This document shows positions 27,826 to 36,522 of a DNA stretch of 64,000 bases, in pieces. The notes under the pieces were generated by a model. It saw only the letters and a program-made list of their open reading frames with translations. It was not told the DNA's origin and did not search any database. Made by a program: the position numbers and the translations under genes. Within the stretch, counting starts at the first letter, position 1. Each line of letters opens with the position of its first letter. The stretch is from a virus. The stretch is from IMG/VR virus record IMGVR_UViG_3300042691_039251, positions 1-64,000 of that record; one strand, 5' to 3'.

Positions 27826-28316
27826 TGACTGTAGTATCACCTCCTTCTAGTAACACTAACGTCGGAAACGCCGGAGCTGGTGGTAGCACCACGGAGATCT
27901 CAGCGATCGCCTGGGCCACCTCGAGCATCAGCATCAACAACACTCAAGTGAACAGGCTCTACCCAGCGATCTCGTCTGGGACTCAGAGACCTTTTAGCTG
28001 GTTCCACGGCAAGAGCTTCAGGGTGATCAGGCTCGTCTATAATGGCTATCCTTCTGGATACGGTTATACTAACATGACATATCCTTTCAGCTCCTCAGCT
28101 ACGCCCTATCCTACTCTAGATTACTCTTACCGATATGATACTTACAGCTACATCACCTTCCAAGCATTCGCTACATATCCGTACACTTTCAGTGCTTGGG
28201 CTCTAGGGTCTTCATCAGCTCCTACTTCAGAGATAACTTCTGCGAATCCGGTGAGCATTTACGTGGCTGATTGGCCTTCGACGGGATATTTTTACATCTG
28301 GGCTAAATTCGTCTAA
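27825..28316 (+). CDS. Putative virion-associated protein (S/Y/T-rich)
   Basis: 163 aa, TAATG coupling on both sides. Confidence 0.6.
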   Translation: MTVVSPPSSNTNVGNAGAGGSTTEISAIAWATSSISINNTQVNRLYPAISSGTQRPFSWFHGKSFRVIRLVYNGYPSGYGYTNMTYPFSSSATPYPTLDYSYRYDTYSYITFQAFATYPYTFSAWALGSSSAPTSEITSANPVSIYVADWPSTGYFYIWAKFV

Positions 28317-29230
28317 TGAAATTTCATCTAAGTTCGAATTTAGATCCTTGGATAGGATATTCTCTTCTCAAACACTACAACTGCTCAGACCACCGCTCTT
28401 GCGTCGTCTATTCTCTCTGGGGAGATCGTGGGTACATAACTTACCTCAAGTACTCTCTCATGTCTTTGATCTCATCTACTGACGTCAGCGACAGAGCAGA
28501 TATTTTAATTTTCGTGAGCAGCGATCTCTACGAAGAAACGGTAGATTGTCTAAACGGAATAATCGGCAAAGACTGTTTTGTGAGAGTAGAGAGCTCTCAA
28601 AAATATCTCATTCATACTCATCCTTCCACTCAGAAGTACGATAATTTTCTCATGCTTGACACTGATTCTTTTTTCTTGGGACGAGACACGATATTCGAGA
28701 AGATGGAAAAGTTTTATGCAAACCCTGAGAACTCAAAGACGATGTTCATGGTCAAAGACTTTATCGATTCTAAGACTGCTTTCTGGACGAGAAAGTCGAG
28801 CCACTGTGAAGCACCTTCTCTAGAGAGATATGAATCTTTTTACAAAAAGTCAATCGGTGAAGAGGAGTTCGAGAAGATGATGAAAAAGAACTGGTGGGTT
28901 TCTTACGCAGTGGCCTACAGCAAAGAGCACTTCAAAGAAGAGGGTTACTCTTCGTACGCAGCCGAAAATTTTCAAATGGGCCAAGGATGTGATGAGACAG
29001 TCTTCCTGACTTGGGCTCACAAAAATTCATATGATCTGCGTGGCATTGAAAAGTTCTTTCCCTGCTACGATCAGTACATATCATCTGGAGAGTCAGTATC
29101 AGATTTTTTTACAGAGCAGAACATTGCGGCTCTCTATCATCCACTAGTCGGAGAAAATGCTTTGAACATTTGTAACGTCTTTCTTTTAGCCGAGATAGAG
29201 AAGAAGCACGAAGCACTTTTAGAACATTAG
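28316..29230 (+). CDS. Putative GT-like protein, paralogue of the C-terminal half of 18034
   Basis: YLKYSLM, RADILI, LMLDTD, WWVS, CDETVF, LYHP shared. Confidence 0.7.
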   Translation: MKFHLSSNLDPWIGYSLLKHYNCSDHRSCVVYSLWGDRGYITYLKYSLMSLISSTDVSDRADILIFVSSDLYEETVDCLNGIIGKDCFVRVESSQKYLIHTHPSTQKYDNFLMLDTDSFFLGRDTIFEKMEKFYANPENSKTMFMVKDFIDSKTAFWTRKSSHCEAPSLERYESFYKKSIGEEEFEKMMKKNWWVSYAVAYSKEHFKEEGYSSYAAENFQMGQGCDETVFLTWAHKNSYDLRGIEKFFPCYDQYISSGESVSDFFTEQNIAALYHPLVGENALNICNVFLLAEIEKKHEALLEH

Positions 29231-29233
29231 AAC

Positions 29234-30046
29234 ATGAAAGCAGTATGGGTCCTAGAAAATTTCAAGGGCGAGTTCTCGATGCCATCGATAGAGCTCAGAG
29301 TCTTCATCACCTCGGTGGTCCAGTGGAAGAGGTTCTATCCTAATTTTGAGACTGTTCTTTTTTGTACTCAAGACGTCTACCAATACCTCAAATCTTTAGA
29401 CGCGGATTCCCTTTGGGATCAAATAGACACTGACATTCTAGAAACTGAAGATTCAGTCGACAGAAAAAGGTTCTGGACCGCAGGAAAATACAAAGTCATG
29501 AGGGGCCTCGATGCTCCTTTCGTCCTCATGGACTGCGATCTCTTTCTCACTCAGAAGATAGATGAATCCACATTCGAGAACGATCTCGTGGTCTGCCATC
29601 CAGAGAATGCTGAATTCTACCACTACTTCTGGCAGAAAGAGCACGTCTTCGAAAGCGTAGGAATCGAGAGGCTCCCAGAAGATCCAGAAGGAAAAGCCTG
29701 GAACGTGAGCTTCTTCTATGTAAAAGATCAGAGCTTCAAGGATCTCTATTTAGAGACAGCTTGGGACTGGATGGAGAGGCTTTCAAAATACGAAGGAGAT
29801 GAAGAGTGGCAGAACGGCTACATGCTCTACTGCGAACAGAAGCTCCTCTACGATCTATCTCTGAGATCTGGGATCAAGACTCATTATCTGAAAAGCGGAA
29901 TCTCTGATGAAAACCCGATTCACCTCGGAGAAGAAAAGAGGAGAGAAGACCTCAAAACGACTCACCTTCCCTTCCGAGAACACCAAGCTCGAGAGGCTGT
30001 GATCGGATCAGGATTCGAGGCGAAGATAAATGAAATAGTAGGTTGA
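29234..30046 (+). CDS. DUF6734-like putative GT, paralogue of the N-terminal half of 18034
   Basis: KAVWVLEN, QWK, APFVLMDCDLFL, NVSF, CEQKLLYD shared. Confidence 0.7.
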   Translation: MKAVWVLENFKGEFSMPSIELRVFITSVVQWKRFYPNFETVLFCTQDVYQYLKSLDADSLWDQIDTDILETEDSVDRKRFWTAGKYKVMRGLDAPFVLMDCDLFLTQKIDESTFENDLVVCHPENAEFYHYFWQKEHVFESVGIERLPEDPEGKAWNVSFFYVKDQSFKDLYLETAWDWMERLSKYEGDEEWQNGYMLYCEQKLLYDLSLRSGIKTHYLKSGISDENPIHLGEEKRREDLKTTHLPFREHQAREAVIGSGFEAKINEIVG

Positions 30047-30184
30047 TTGGAAAGCCTTACACCTTCATAAAAGGGGCACTTAAGTTGGAATGTAAGCGAG
30101 GAGACTGAATGAAGTCAAAGAAATGCCAATCGTAAAAGCAGATGTCCACGCACCCATCTTCTGCTTTCCTCCTTTTGATAAATA

Positions 30185-30216
30185 ATGCCCGATTCACAGT
30201 CGGGCATCTATTTTTT
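30185..30216 (+). terminator. Rho-independent terminator-like hairpin
   Basis: ATGCCCGATT-CAC-AGTCGGGCAT followed by CTATTTTTT. Confidence 0.7.
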
Positions 30217-30270
30217 CCACTCAGTTTTCCGTTTCGAAAAAAATTACTAGATATGCATACAATAGCATTT

Positions 30271-30429
30271 ATGAAAGCTCTGTTTGAGAAATGGAAAGCA
30301 AAAAAGAAGAATCGTCCGCTGAAAGTCGACGTCATGGATCCCGAGGAGTACTATCTCGGAGGAGAAGCCATGATCGGTCCCGAGATCCTCAAGGAAAGAA
30401 AATTGAAACAAAAAAGAAAAAAGCTATAA
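30271..30429 (+). CDS. Small basic hypothetical protein
   Basis: MKALFEKWK..., 3' part of track ORF 30142..30429; start uncertain. Confidence 0.45.
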   Translation: MKALFEKWKAKKKNRPLKVDVMDPEEYYLGGEAMIGPEILKERKLKQKRKKL

Positions 30430-30441
30430 AAATAAGACTTT

Positions 30442-30525
30442 GGCCTGGTGGAGAAATTGGTAGACTCGCCATCTTGAGGGGGTGGTTCCAGCAATGGAGT
30501 GAGGGTTCGAATCCCTCCCAGGTCA
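30442..30525 (+). tRNA. tRNA-Leu(GAG)
   Basis: GGCCTGG/CCAGGTC acceptor stem, CCATC-TT GAG GG-GGTGG anticodon arm, variable arm, T-loop. Confidence 0.9.
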
Positions 30526-30530
30526 CAGAT

Positions 30531-30606
30531 CGTAGGGTAGAGCAGATGGTAGCTTGCGAGGCTCATAACCTCGAGGTCGTGGGTTCGAGTCCCACCCCTG
30601 CAACCA
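30531..30606 (+). tRNA. tRNA-Met(CAT), initiator-like
   Basis: C1:A72 mismatch, CGAGG-CT CAT AA-CCTCG anticodon arm, encoded CCA. Confidence 0.9.
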
Positions 30607-30607
30607 A

Positions 30608-30681
30608 GGTCTTGTAGCTCAGTTGGTTAGAGCGCTTCCTTGACATGGAAGAGGTCACCGGTTCGAATCCAGTCGAGATCA
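30608..30681 (+). tRNA. tRNA-Val(GAC)
   Basis: GGTCTTG/CGAGATC acceptor stem, CTTCC-TT GAC AT-GGAAG anticodon arm; one T-stem mismatch. Confidence 0.9.
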
Positions 30682-30703
30682 CATTTTATTCCTTGAAAAA
30701 CCG

Positions 30704-30730
30704 AGTCCCGATTTCTATCGGGGCTTTTTT
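30704..30730 (+). terminator. Rho-independent terminator after the tRNA cluster
   Basis: AGTCCCGAT-TTCT-ATCGGGGCT plus T-run. Confidence 0.85.
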
Positions 30731-30817
30731 CGTAGAAGTAAACTTTTCGTACCCTTTGCATATAACTTGCATGAAACATTTTTCTTTTCATCTTCTTTTT
30801 TCTAAAATTGTTCAAGA

Positions 30818-31228
30818 ATGAGGAAGATCAGCCTAAAATATAGATTGAGGAAGTTCAGAGTCAGATTTAGAAGAGTCTGGGACTTCGCTACTCTGAACAG
30901 CAAGCGGTACCGCTTGGACGGTGACATTGATCTAGCAGTGAAAATTGTGATCAAGATGATGGTCAAAGAGGGATGTGAGATCAGGTACTCACAGATGCAG
31001 GGATTCTTCCACCTCAATAGGGGTCACCTCTACGCTAAAATTTCTGAATCCACTGTCACCATCATCAATGGAAAATATGCTTATGAGCTCATGCTTCCGC
31101 CTCAAATAGGATACGACCTCTATTCTCGGATCAAAGCGACAAATGAGAGGCAGCTGCTTAGAGCTGAAAGAGAACACCGAGAGAGGATAGAAAAGTCACT
31201 GCAGGGGATTTATGAAAGCTTAGACTAA
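30818..31228 (+). CDS. Hypothetical protein
   Basis: 136 aa ORF. Confidence 0.7.
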   Translation: MRKISLKYRLRKFRVRFRRVWDFATLNSKRYRLDGDIDLAVKIVIKMMVKEGCEIRYSQMQGFFHLNRGHLYAKISESTVTIINGKYAYELMLPPQIGYDLYSRIKATNERQLLRAEREHRERIEKSLQGIYESLD

Positions 31229-31239
31229 CAAATTGAAAT

Positions 31240-31443
31240 ATGAAAAATTCAGAAGAAACTAAAGTCTATCACAAACAGATGATTGAGATGGCTGAGGAAT
31301 CAAAAAAATTCATCAAAATTCCAGCAGATCAGATACTCAAAGAAGAGGATAATGAGAAGCTGGGAGCGTGGATCAGAGCCCAGATGATGAAGAAGATTTC
31401 AGACTGTAACGCACACATCGATCACGTCAAAAGTTTACAATAA
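31240..31443 (+). CDS. Hypothetical protein
   Basis: 67 aa, operon spacing. Confidence 0.6.
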   Translation: MKNSEETKVYHKQMIEMAEESKKFIKIPADQILKEEDNEKLGAWIRAQMMKKISDCNAHIDHVKSLQ

Positions 31444-31454
31444 AAACCAACCAC

Positions 31455-31709
31455 ATGTCAGATTATCAAGAAAGGCCGAACCGTAGTAGAGACGAATTCA
31501 GCAGAGAATTCGATCGAAGAGACGACACAGTTTCTCTCAGAGAACAGTTGAAAAAATGGGGGACGCCGGAAGAAAAGAAAATGATCGCTGAGATCGAGAG
31601 AAAAGAAGAAATTGCAAGAGAAAAGAAGAGACAGTACCGAGGAGACGAGCCTGAAAAACTCAACATCGTACCTGACTTTTCAAAGCACGACGTTAAGAGA
31701 GATTGGTAA
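31455..31709 (+). CDS. Hypothetical protein
   Basis: 84 aa, highly charged. Confidence 0.6.
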   Translation: MSDYQERPNRSRDEFSREFDRRDDTVSLREQLKKWGTPEEKKMIAEIERKEEIAREKKRQYRGDEPEKLNIVPDFSKHDVKRDW

Positions 31710-31731
31710 CTAAATTTTAAGAACAAACAAT

Positions 31732-31974
31732 ATGGCGTACATTGACGTAGAAGTAGAAGACACCATCGACATCTCGGTGCGGAAATTTTTCAGAGAGATG
31801 AGCGATTCAGAAAAAGATGAAATGAGAAACCTCCTCGGAGTGAAAAAGCCGATGGAACCCTCTTTCATCGATGACGATTTCGATCGAGAAGTAACAAAAT
31901 TGGCTGGTAATCGTTGGAGACTCACCATCGAAGACGAGGAAACAGTATTAAAAATAGCGAAGAAAATCGTATGA
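31732..31974 (+). CDS. Hypothetical protein
   Basis: 80 aa, ATGA overlap with next gene. Confidence 0.65.
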   Translation: MAYIDVEVEDTIDISVRKFFREMSDSEKDEMRNLLGVKKPMEPSFIDDDFDREVTKLAGNRWRLTIEDEETVLKIAKKIV

Positions 31975-32996
31975 TAGGACTCACCGGGATCCACTCCTTC
32001 GTCACAGATCCGAAGAAAGATGTGAACCATCCCAAAAAGTATTTGGAGCACGTGCTCCTCACTCAGCTTCTCAGCGCATGGTGTTGGAAACAGACCAACG
32101 GTCCGATCCACCTCTACACGACTCCGGCAGATGCTGAATTTCTCGAAAGCATGAAGATGCTCGACATCTACGACCACGTAGATACAGAGGTCCTCTCTTC
32201 AGTGGACGACATTCCTTGGGACGAGTTTGGTCCGGCTTGTAAGATGAAGGTTGCATCATCGCAGAAGAAATTTCCTTTTGCGACTATCGACAATGATCTC
32301 ATCTTCAGGACTCCTCTCGAACCACACCTCCTCAATTCAGATCTCACTTTTCTCCACCGAGAAGTCTTCCTCCACCGGAACTATCCTCCGCTGGAATACC
32401 TGGGGAAGAGAGAAGGTTATGAATTTCCCTCTTTTCTCTCGAAGCAGGTCGATCCGATCAATGTCGGTTTCGTCATCTGGACCAATCCCCAACTCCTCAG
32501 AGACTATTGGTCCTACGCTCACGATTACATGAGGGAGAACCGCGGCGAGAGCATCCAACCTGAATGGGCAGTTCCAGGACTTCCTAAGTTTTGGAAGAGC
32601 CTCTTCGTCGAACAACGGATGCTGCCGGCTCTCATCGAGAGGGACAATTACCAGGTGGTCTCACTCTTCCCACTCAGATACTCTGGAGACATTGATGTCT
32701 GGGTCGATAGGAAGGGAGAAAAGAAAGACTTTGAAAAAGAGCAGCAGGAAACCGGAATCGACTTCTACCACATGTGGGGCGAAAAGAACGTCTACTATAA
32801 TTTGAATCCGCCTTTCTGCGGAGGTAACCAGATCAGGACTCTGTACAGGTTGCTTCAGACTGCTGATGAGACGAAAGACGATCAAGTCCTAGCTGCAGTC
32901 GATGAGATCGTGCTCTTCACGATCCAAAAGACTCACGCAATGGGGCTCGAAGATTTTTATGAGCTGAGAACATCAATAAGATACTTGTTAAAATGA
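31971..32996 (+). CDS. DUF6734-like putative GT-A glycosyltransferase
   Basis: HLYT, PFATIDNDLIF, NVGF, FVEQRML, HMWG; start moved to ATG 31971. Confidence 0.65.
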   Translation: MIGLTGIHSFVTDPKKDVNHPKKYLEHVLLTQLLSAWCWKQTNGPIHLYTTPADAEFLESMKMLDIYDHVDTEVLSSVDDIPWDEFGPACKMKVASSQKKFPFATIDNDLIFRTPLEPHLLNSDLTFLHREVFLHRNYPPLEYLGKREGYEFPSFLSKQVDPINVGFVIWTNPQLLRDYWSYAHDYMRENRGESIQPEWAVPGLPKFWKSLFVEQRMLPALIERDNYQVVSLFPLRYSGDIDVWVDRKGEKKDFEKEQQETGIDFYHMWGEKNVYYNLNPPFCGGNQIRTLYRLLQTADETKDDQVLAAVDEIVLFTIQKTHAMGLEDFYELRTSIRYLLK

Positions 32997-33760
32997 AAAT
33001 AATTACTCACACGAGCAGGACAGACAAAGAGTGGAGCTCCCTCTGCATCGAGTCCCAAAAAGAATTTGCTGAAAAGAGAGGAATCGAACACCGAGTCTAT
33101 GAGAACCTCGACATCGACGGTAGATCAAGCGGATGGGCTCGCTTTAGAGCAATGCAGGGAATGCTCATCGGCACTCCTGTCGGCGAAGGCATCGTCTGGA
33201 TGGATTCGGATCTCATGGTGATGAACCACGATTTTGATCTAGCAGCGATGGTAAGTGAATTTGAAGCTGACAAGCACACTGTGGCCTGTGCCTTTGCAGT
33301 CGGAGGCTCATTGGACCTCAGCCTCATCTTTTTTAAGAACGTGATCGATGCGAGAGTGCTCTTCGATTTTGGTTGGGATGTGGGCAAATCTGAAGCACAG
33401 GGAGAAAGAAGAGACAAGCTTTCATTTGAGCTCATGAACATCCTCTCTCCCAGAAGAATCCAATTTGTCAATCCGACAGGGCTCCTCTCTCACTGGTACC
33501 CAAAATCACCCATCGGTTTCTACAACCACCGAATCGACAGCGAAGAAGGAAAGCTCGGGCTCTTCACGATGAAAAAGCCGAAAGAGATGCTCGAGGGTTT
33601 CAACGACCTCTACGTTCCAGGGACCTTTGCAGTCCACCTCAGAGAGAAGGGACCAAGCCTCCTCCAAGTCTCAAAAGAGTTCAAACGTTACCGAGAAGGT
33701 TTCATGGAAAGCGTCATTGAATCGAGATCTCTGGCGAGAGATTTGGGACCTAAACAATAA
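32993..33760 (+). CDS. GT34 (GMA12/MNN10)-like glycosyltransferase
   Basis: RSSGWAR, VWMDSDLMVMN, YVPGTFAVH. Confidence 0.6.
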   Translation: MKIITHTSRTDKEWSSLCIESQKEFAEKRGIEHRVYENLDIDGRSSGWARFRAMQGMLIGTPVGEGIVWMDSDLMVMNHDFDLAAMVSEFEADKHTVACAFAVGGSLDLSLIFFKNVIDARVLFDFGWDVGKSEAQGERRDKLSFELMNILSPRRIQFVNPTGLLSHWYPKSPIGFYNHRIDSEEGKLGLFTMKKPKEMLEGFNDLYVPGTFAVHLREKGPSLLQVSKEFKRYREGFMESVIESRSLARDLGPKQ

Positions 33761-33768
33761 CATTCTAC

Positions 33769-35505
33769 ATGGTAGTAATATATGTGACCAGAAATCTGGA
33801 CCAATACCAGAAGACATTAGATTACACGAGAAGCACTTTCGTTGAAGGTATTAAGTACCTAATTATCCCGCCGACAGAGGCTAGAGGCGAGGTTTTATTT
33901 CAAGATGCAAGGATCGAATCTCCCAGCACAGCTGACAAGGGTCTACAGGAGATTCTGTACGAAACTGTCTTATCTTTGGCTGAAGATGAGATTCTCTTCG
34001 TTCCAGAAGGCAGGTTCGTCTCACCTGAATTTTTTAATAGAAGCATTTCGAGGACTCTCTTCTACGAAGAAGAAGGAGATTCTTGGGGAGCTCTGGTGGA
34101 AAAAGGAGAGCTCTTCCCTACTGGGAAAAGACACTTCGATTGGATCAATCTCCAGAGCCTTGATCTTCCCAGAGAAGACTTTTCTCTCTTTCCTAGGATT
34201 GAGTCTCTTCAGAAAAAAGCTGCTCTGCCCAGGATCCTGGTCTTTGGTGACGAGAACGTGCAGTTGAAAAGCATACCTACGCCAGGAAGTTACGAGTCAG
34301 ATGAGCTCGAAGTCTTTTCTGCTTATACTTCAAAAAACGCAAAGAAGCTCATTTCTGAGCTCGATCCTGACGTGATCCTCACGCTGGGAGAATCCTACAA
34401 GCTCTACCCTGAGCTCGAAAAGATGCCCTCTTGGCTGAAGCACCGCTGGATCCACGAGAACAAATTGAACGAGACGACCGGGCAGAGATGTTACGAGCAC
34501 GCTCTTCACATAATGACTCAAAAGGCAGATGAGTATCCTCTGATCAGCATCATCACGCCTGTCAGAAACATCGGTGAGAAATTGAGACAGACTTATGAGT
34601 CTGTAGCGGCTCAGACTTGGTGGAACTGGGAATGGATCCTCGTCAACGACGGAGACGACGAGATCACTGATCAAATAGCAAGAGAAATCTCAGCACAAGA
34701 GCCTAGAGTGAAATACTACGACATCAAGCCTCGATCTCAAAACAGAGTCGGTGAAGCGAAGTTCAGAGCCTTTTCTCTTTCTGAAGGAGATTTCTTGGTC
34801 GAGCTCGATCACGATGATATGTTGACTCCCGAGGCAATAGAACTCGTGGCTCTCGCTTTTGAAAAATACCCCAACGCTGGCTTCTGCTACTCTAACTATG
34901 CCGAGGTTGACGTCAATTTTAACGACCTCTCTTACGGTGGAGATTCCTTTGCTTACGGATACGGTCTCTACACGAGCTTTCACAGAGAAGGGAAATACCA
35001 CACCGAGCAGCACACACCTCACATCAACCCAGTCTCGATCAGGAGCAATGTGGCAATGCCTAACCACCTCAGAGCTTGGAGGAGATCGACTTATTTTGAG
35101 ATCGGAGGCCACAGCCGCAGAATGTCAGTGATGGACGACTTGGACATCATCATCAGAACATTCCTCAAGACTGAGATCGTGAAGATCGATTGGATGTGTT
35201 ATTGGCAGTTCTATTTTGGTCTCTTCTACAACGAGAGCTCGACTACTAACACGCAGAACCTAGTCCGAATGGACATTCAGAGAAGAGCGAGAACTCTCTG
35301 TAACATTTACAACGAGAGGATCAGGGATAGATTTGAGAAGGATTTCGACCTCATCGATTGGGCCTACGAACAGAATCCTAGTGATCCGAGAAACATTTCA
35401 CCGGTCCACGGATCGGGAGAGAACAGAGTGAACTACGTTCTCGATAGAGAGACCATCGAGAAACACCTTTACTATAGAGGGCTGAAGAGCGTTTATAAAA
35501 GCTAG
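33769..35505 (+). CDS. GT2-family glycosyltransferase with N-terminal extension
   Basis: ISIITP, WEWILVNDG, VELDHDD, PNHLRAW, MDDLD. Confidence 0.85.
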   Translation: MVVIYVTRNLDQYQKTLDYTRSTFVEGIKYLIIPPTEARGEVLFQDARIESPSTADKGLQEILYETVLSLAEDEILFVPEGRFVSPEFFNRSISRTLFYEEEGDSWGALVEKGELFPTGKRHFDWINLQSLDLPREDFSLFPRIESLQKKAALPRILVFGDENVQLKSIPTPGSYESDELEVFSAYTSKNAKKLISELDPDVILTLGESYKLYPELEKMPSWLKHRWIHENKLNETTGQRCYEHALHIMTQKADEYPLISIITPVRNIGEKLRQTYESVAAQTWWNWEWILVNDGDDEITDQIAREISAQEPRVKYYDIKPRSQNRVGEAKFRAFSLSEGDFLVELDHDDMLTPEAIELVALAFEKYPNAGFCYSNYAEVDVNFNDLSYGGDSFAYGYGLYTSFHREGKYHTEQHTPHINPVSIRSNVAMPNHLRAWRRSTYFEIGGHSRRMSVMDDLDIIIRTFLKTEIVKIDWMCYWQFYFGLFYNESSTTNTQNLVRMDIQRRARTLCNIYNERIRDRFEKDFDLIDWAYEQNPSDPRNISPVHGSGENRVNYVLDRETIEKHLYYRGLKSVYKS

Positions 35506-35891
35506 AGTCTTCCCTGAGAATTTACTGAGAGACAATCATTACGATCGATCATCATCCAATGACCGCCGATAAGACCGAAAATATCGAGGTGGTCTTTTAC
35601 TGTCTCAAGATCAAAGCACTTACAAGAATAAATGTCGAATTGAAAGAGATATGGGTGAACGCTGTCCCAGATGTGGATGCTAGCGTGAGAAGTGGCCAAA
35701 GTCACTGTCCCAGTAAGACCTTCGTTGCCAGGAGCGTCGACGTAGACGGACGTAGGACCGCCGACGACTTCCATGTTTACTTTATGGACGAGGTCTATGA
35801 ACCATTGGTTAAGTACTGAAGTCTCACGTGGAGGGTTTTGAAAGTAACCCTTGATGAGGAGATGCTGATGGAAGGGCACAAATGTGTCCAT
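35502..35891 (-). CDS. speD: S-adenosylmethionine decarboxylase proenzyme-like
   Basis: HQHLLI, GNEGLTG, LATSHASIHIW (self-cleavage site), DIYSCK; start set to ATG 35891. Confidence 0.8.
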   Translation of the reverse strand: MDTFVPFHQHLLIKGYFQNPPRETSVLNQWFIDLVHKVNMEVVGGPTSVYVDAPGNEGLTGTVTLATSHASIHIWDSVHPYLFQFDIYSCKCFDLETVKDHLDIFGLIGGHWMMIDRNDCLSVNSQGRL

Positions 35892-36001
35892 TAGATGTCT
35901 TATTTGTTTATATTTAATGAGAAATTGCAAAGAAAATGACATCTTGAGATTTTATTTTCTCTTTTCAGCAAAGATTTCTATCTTTAGAAAACTTTAGAAA
36001 C

Positions 36002-36259
36002 ATGACACTAGAAGAATTAAAAGAACTACCTGCACACACGGTGTTCGCAACCGGAATCTCTAACAGCCCAAGGCTCCACAAAGATCAGGTCCGTTGGGTT
36101 GCGAAGAGAGGCTATATTCACGACTGGGCAGTCTATTACTCAACTGCTGATAAAACGGTCGAAGAAATTACGAAGTGGGGCAGCAAAATCCACTCCTTGG
36201 ATCTAGTTAAAGAACTCGTGGTTTGCGATGAGCCAATGATTAAAATGTACAGACAATGA
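36002..36259 (+). CDS. Hypothetical phage protein
   Basis: 85 aa; RWVAKRGYIHDWAVY. Confidence 0.7.
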   Translation: MTLEELKELPAHTVFATGISNSPRLHKDQVRWVAKRGYIHDWAVYYSTADKTVEEITKWGSKIHSLDLVKELVVCDEPMIKMYRQ

Positions 36260-36522
36260 AAAAAGCACTAGAGAGAGTCGGGATCTTTTTTCTTTTCGTA
36301 ATCTTCCTTGTTTTTCTAGGCGGATTCTATCTAGGAACGAGATACACAGACAACAAAATCGGCGTTGATTCTCTGCAACACAAAGTCGACAGCCTCCACG
36401 ACGAGAACTTTATAATTGGAGTCGAACTAATGAGATGGGAATCCACGATCGATTGGTACCGAGAAGCAAATCCCAAAGAGGCCAAAAGGCTCGAAGATTG
36501 GAGATCACAAAACACTGAATAA
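36256..36522 (+). CDS. Hypothetical membrane-anchored protein
   Basis: N-terminal transmembrane helix. Confidence 0.65.
   Translation: MKKALERVGIFFLFVIFLVFLGGFYLGTRYTDNKIGVDSLQHKVDSLHDENFIIGVELMRWESTIDWYREANPKEAKRLEDWRSQNTE

Noticed and set aside
30291-30815. Track ORFs 30291..30617, 30351..30566 and 30627..30815 (and 16162..16461)
   Set aside because: They overlap well-formed tRNA genes and lack protein-like features.
5088-35505. Bacterial LPS/capsule locus
   Set aside because: No wzx, wzy or ABC export genes; interleaved with phage-type hypothetical genes, tRNAs and virion genes.
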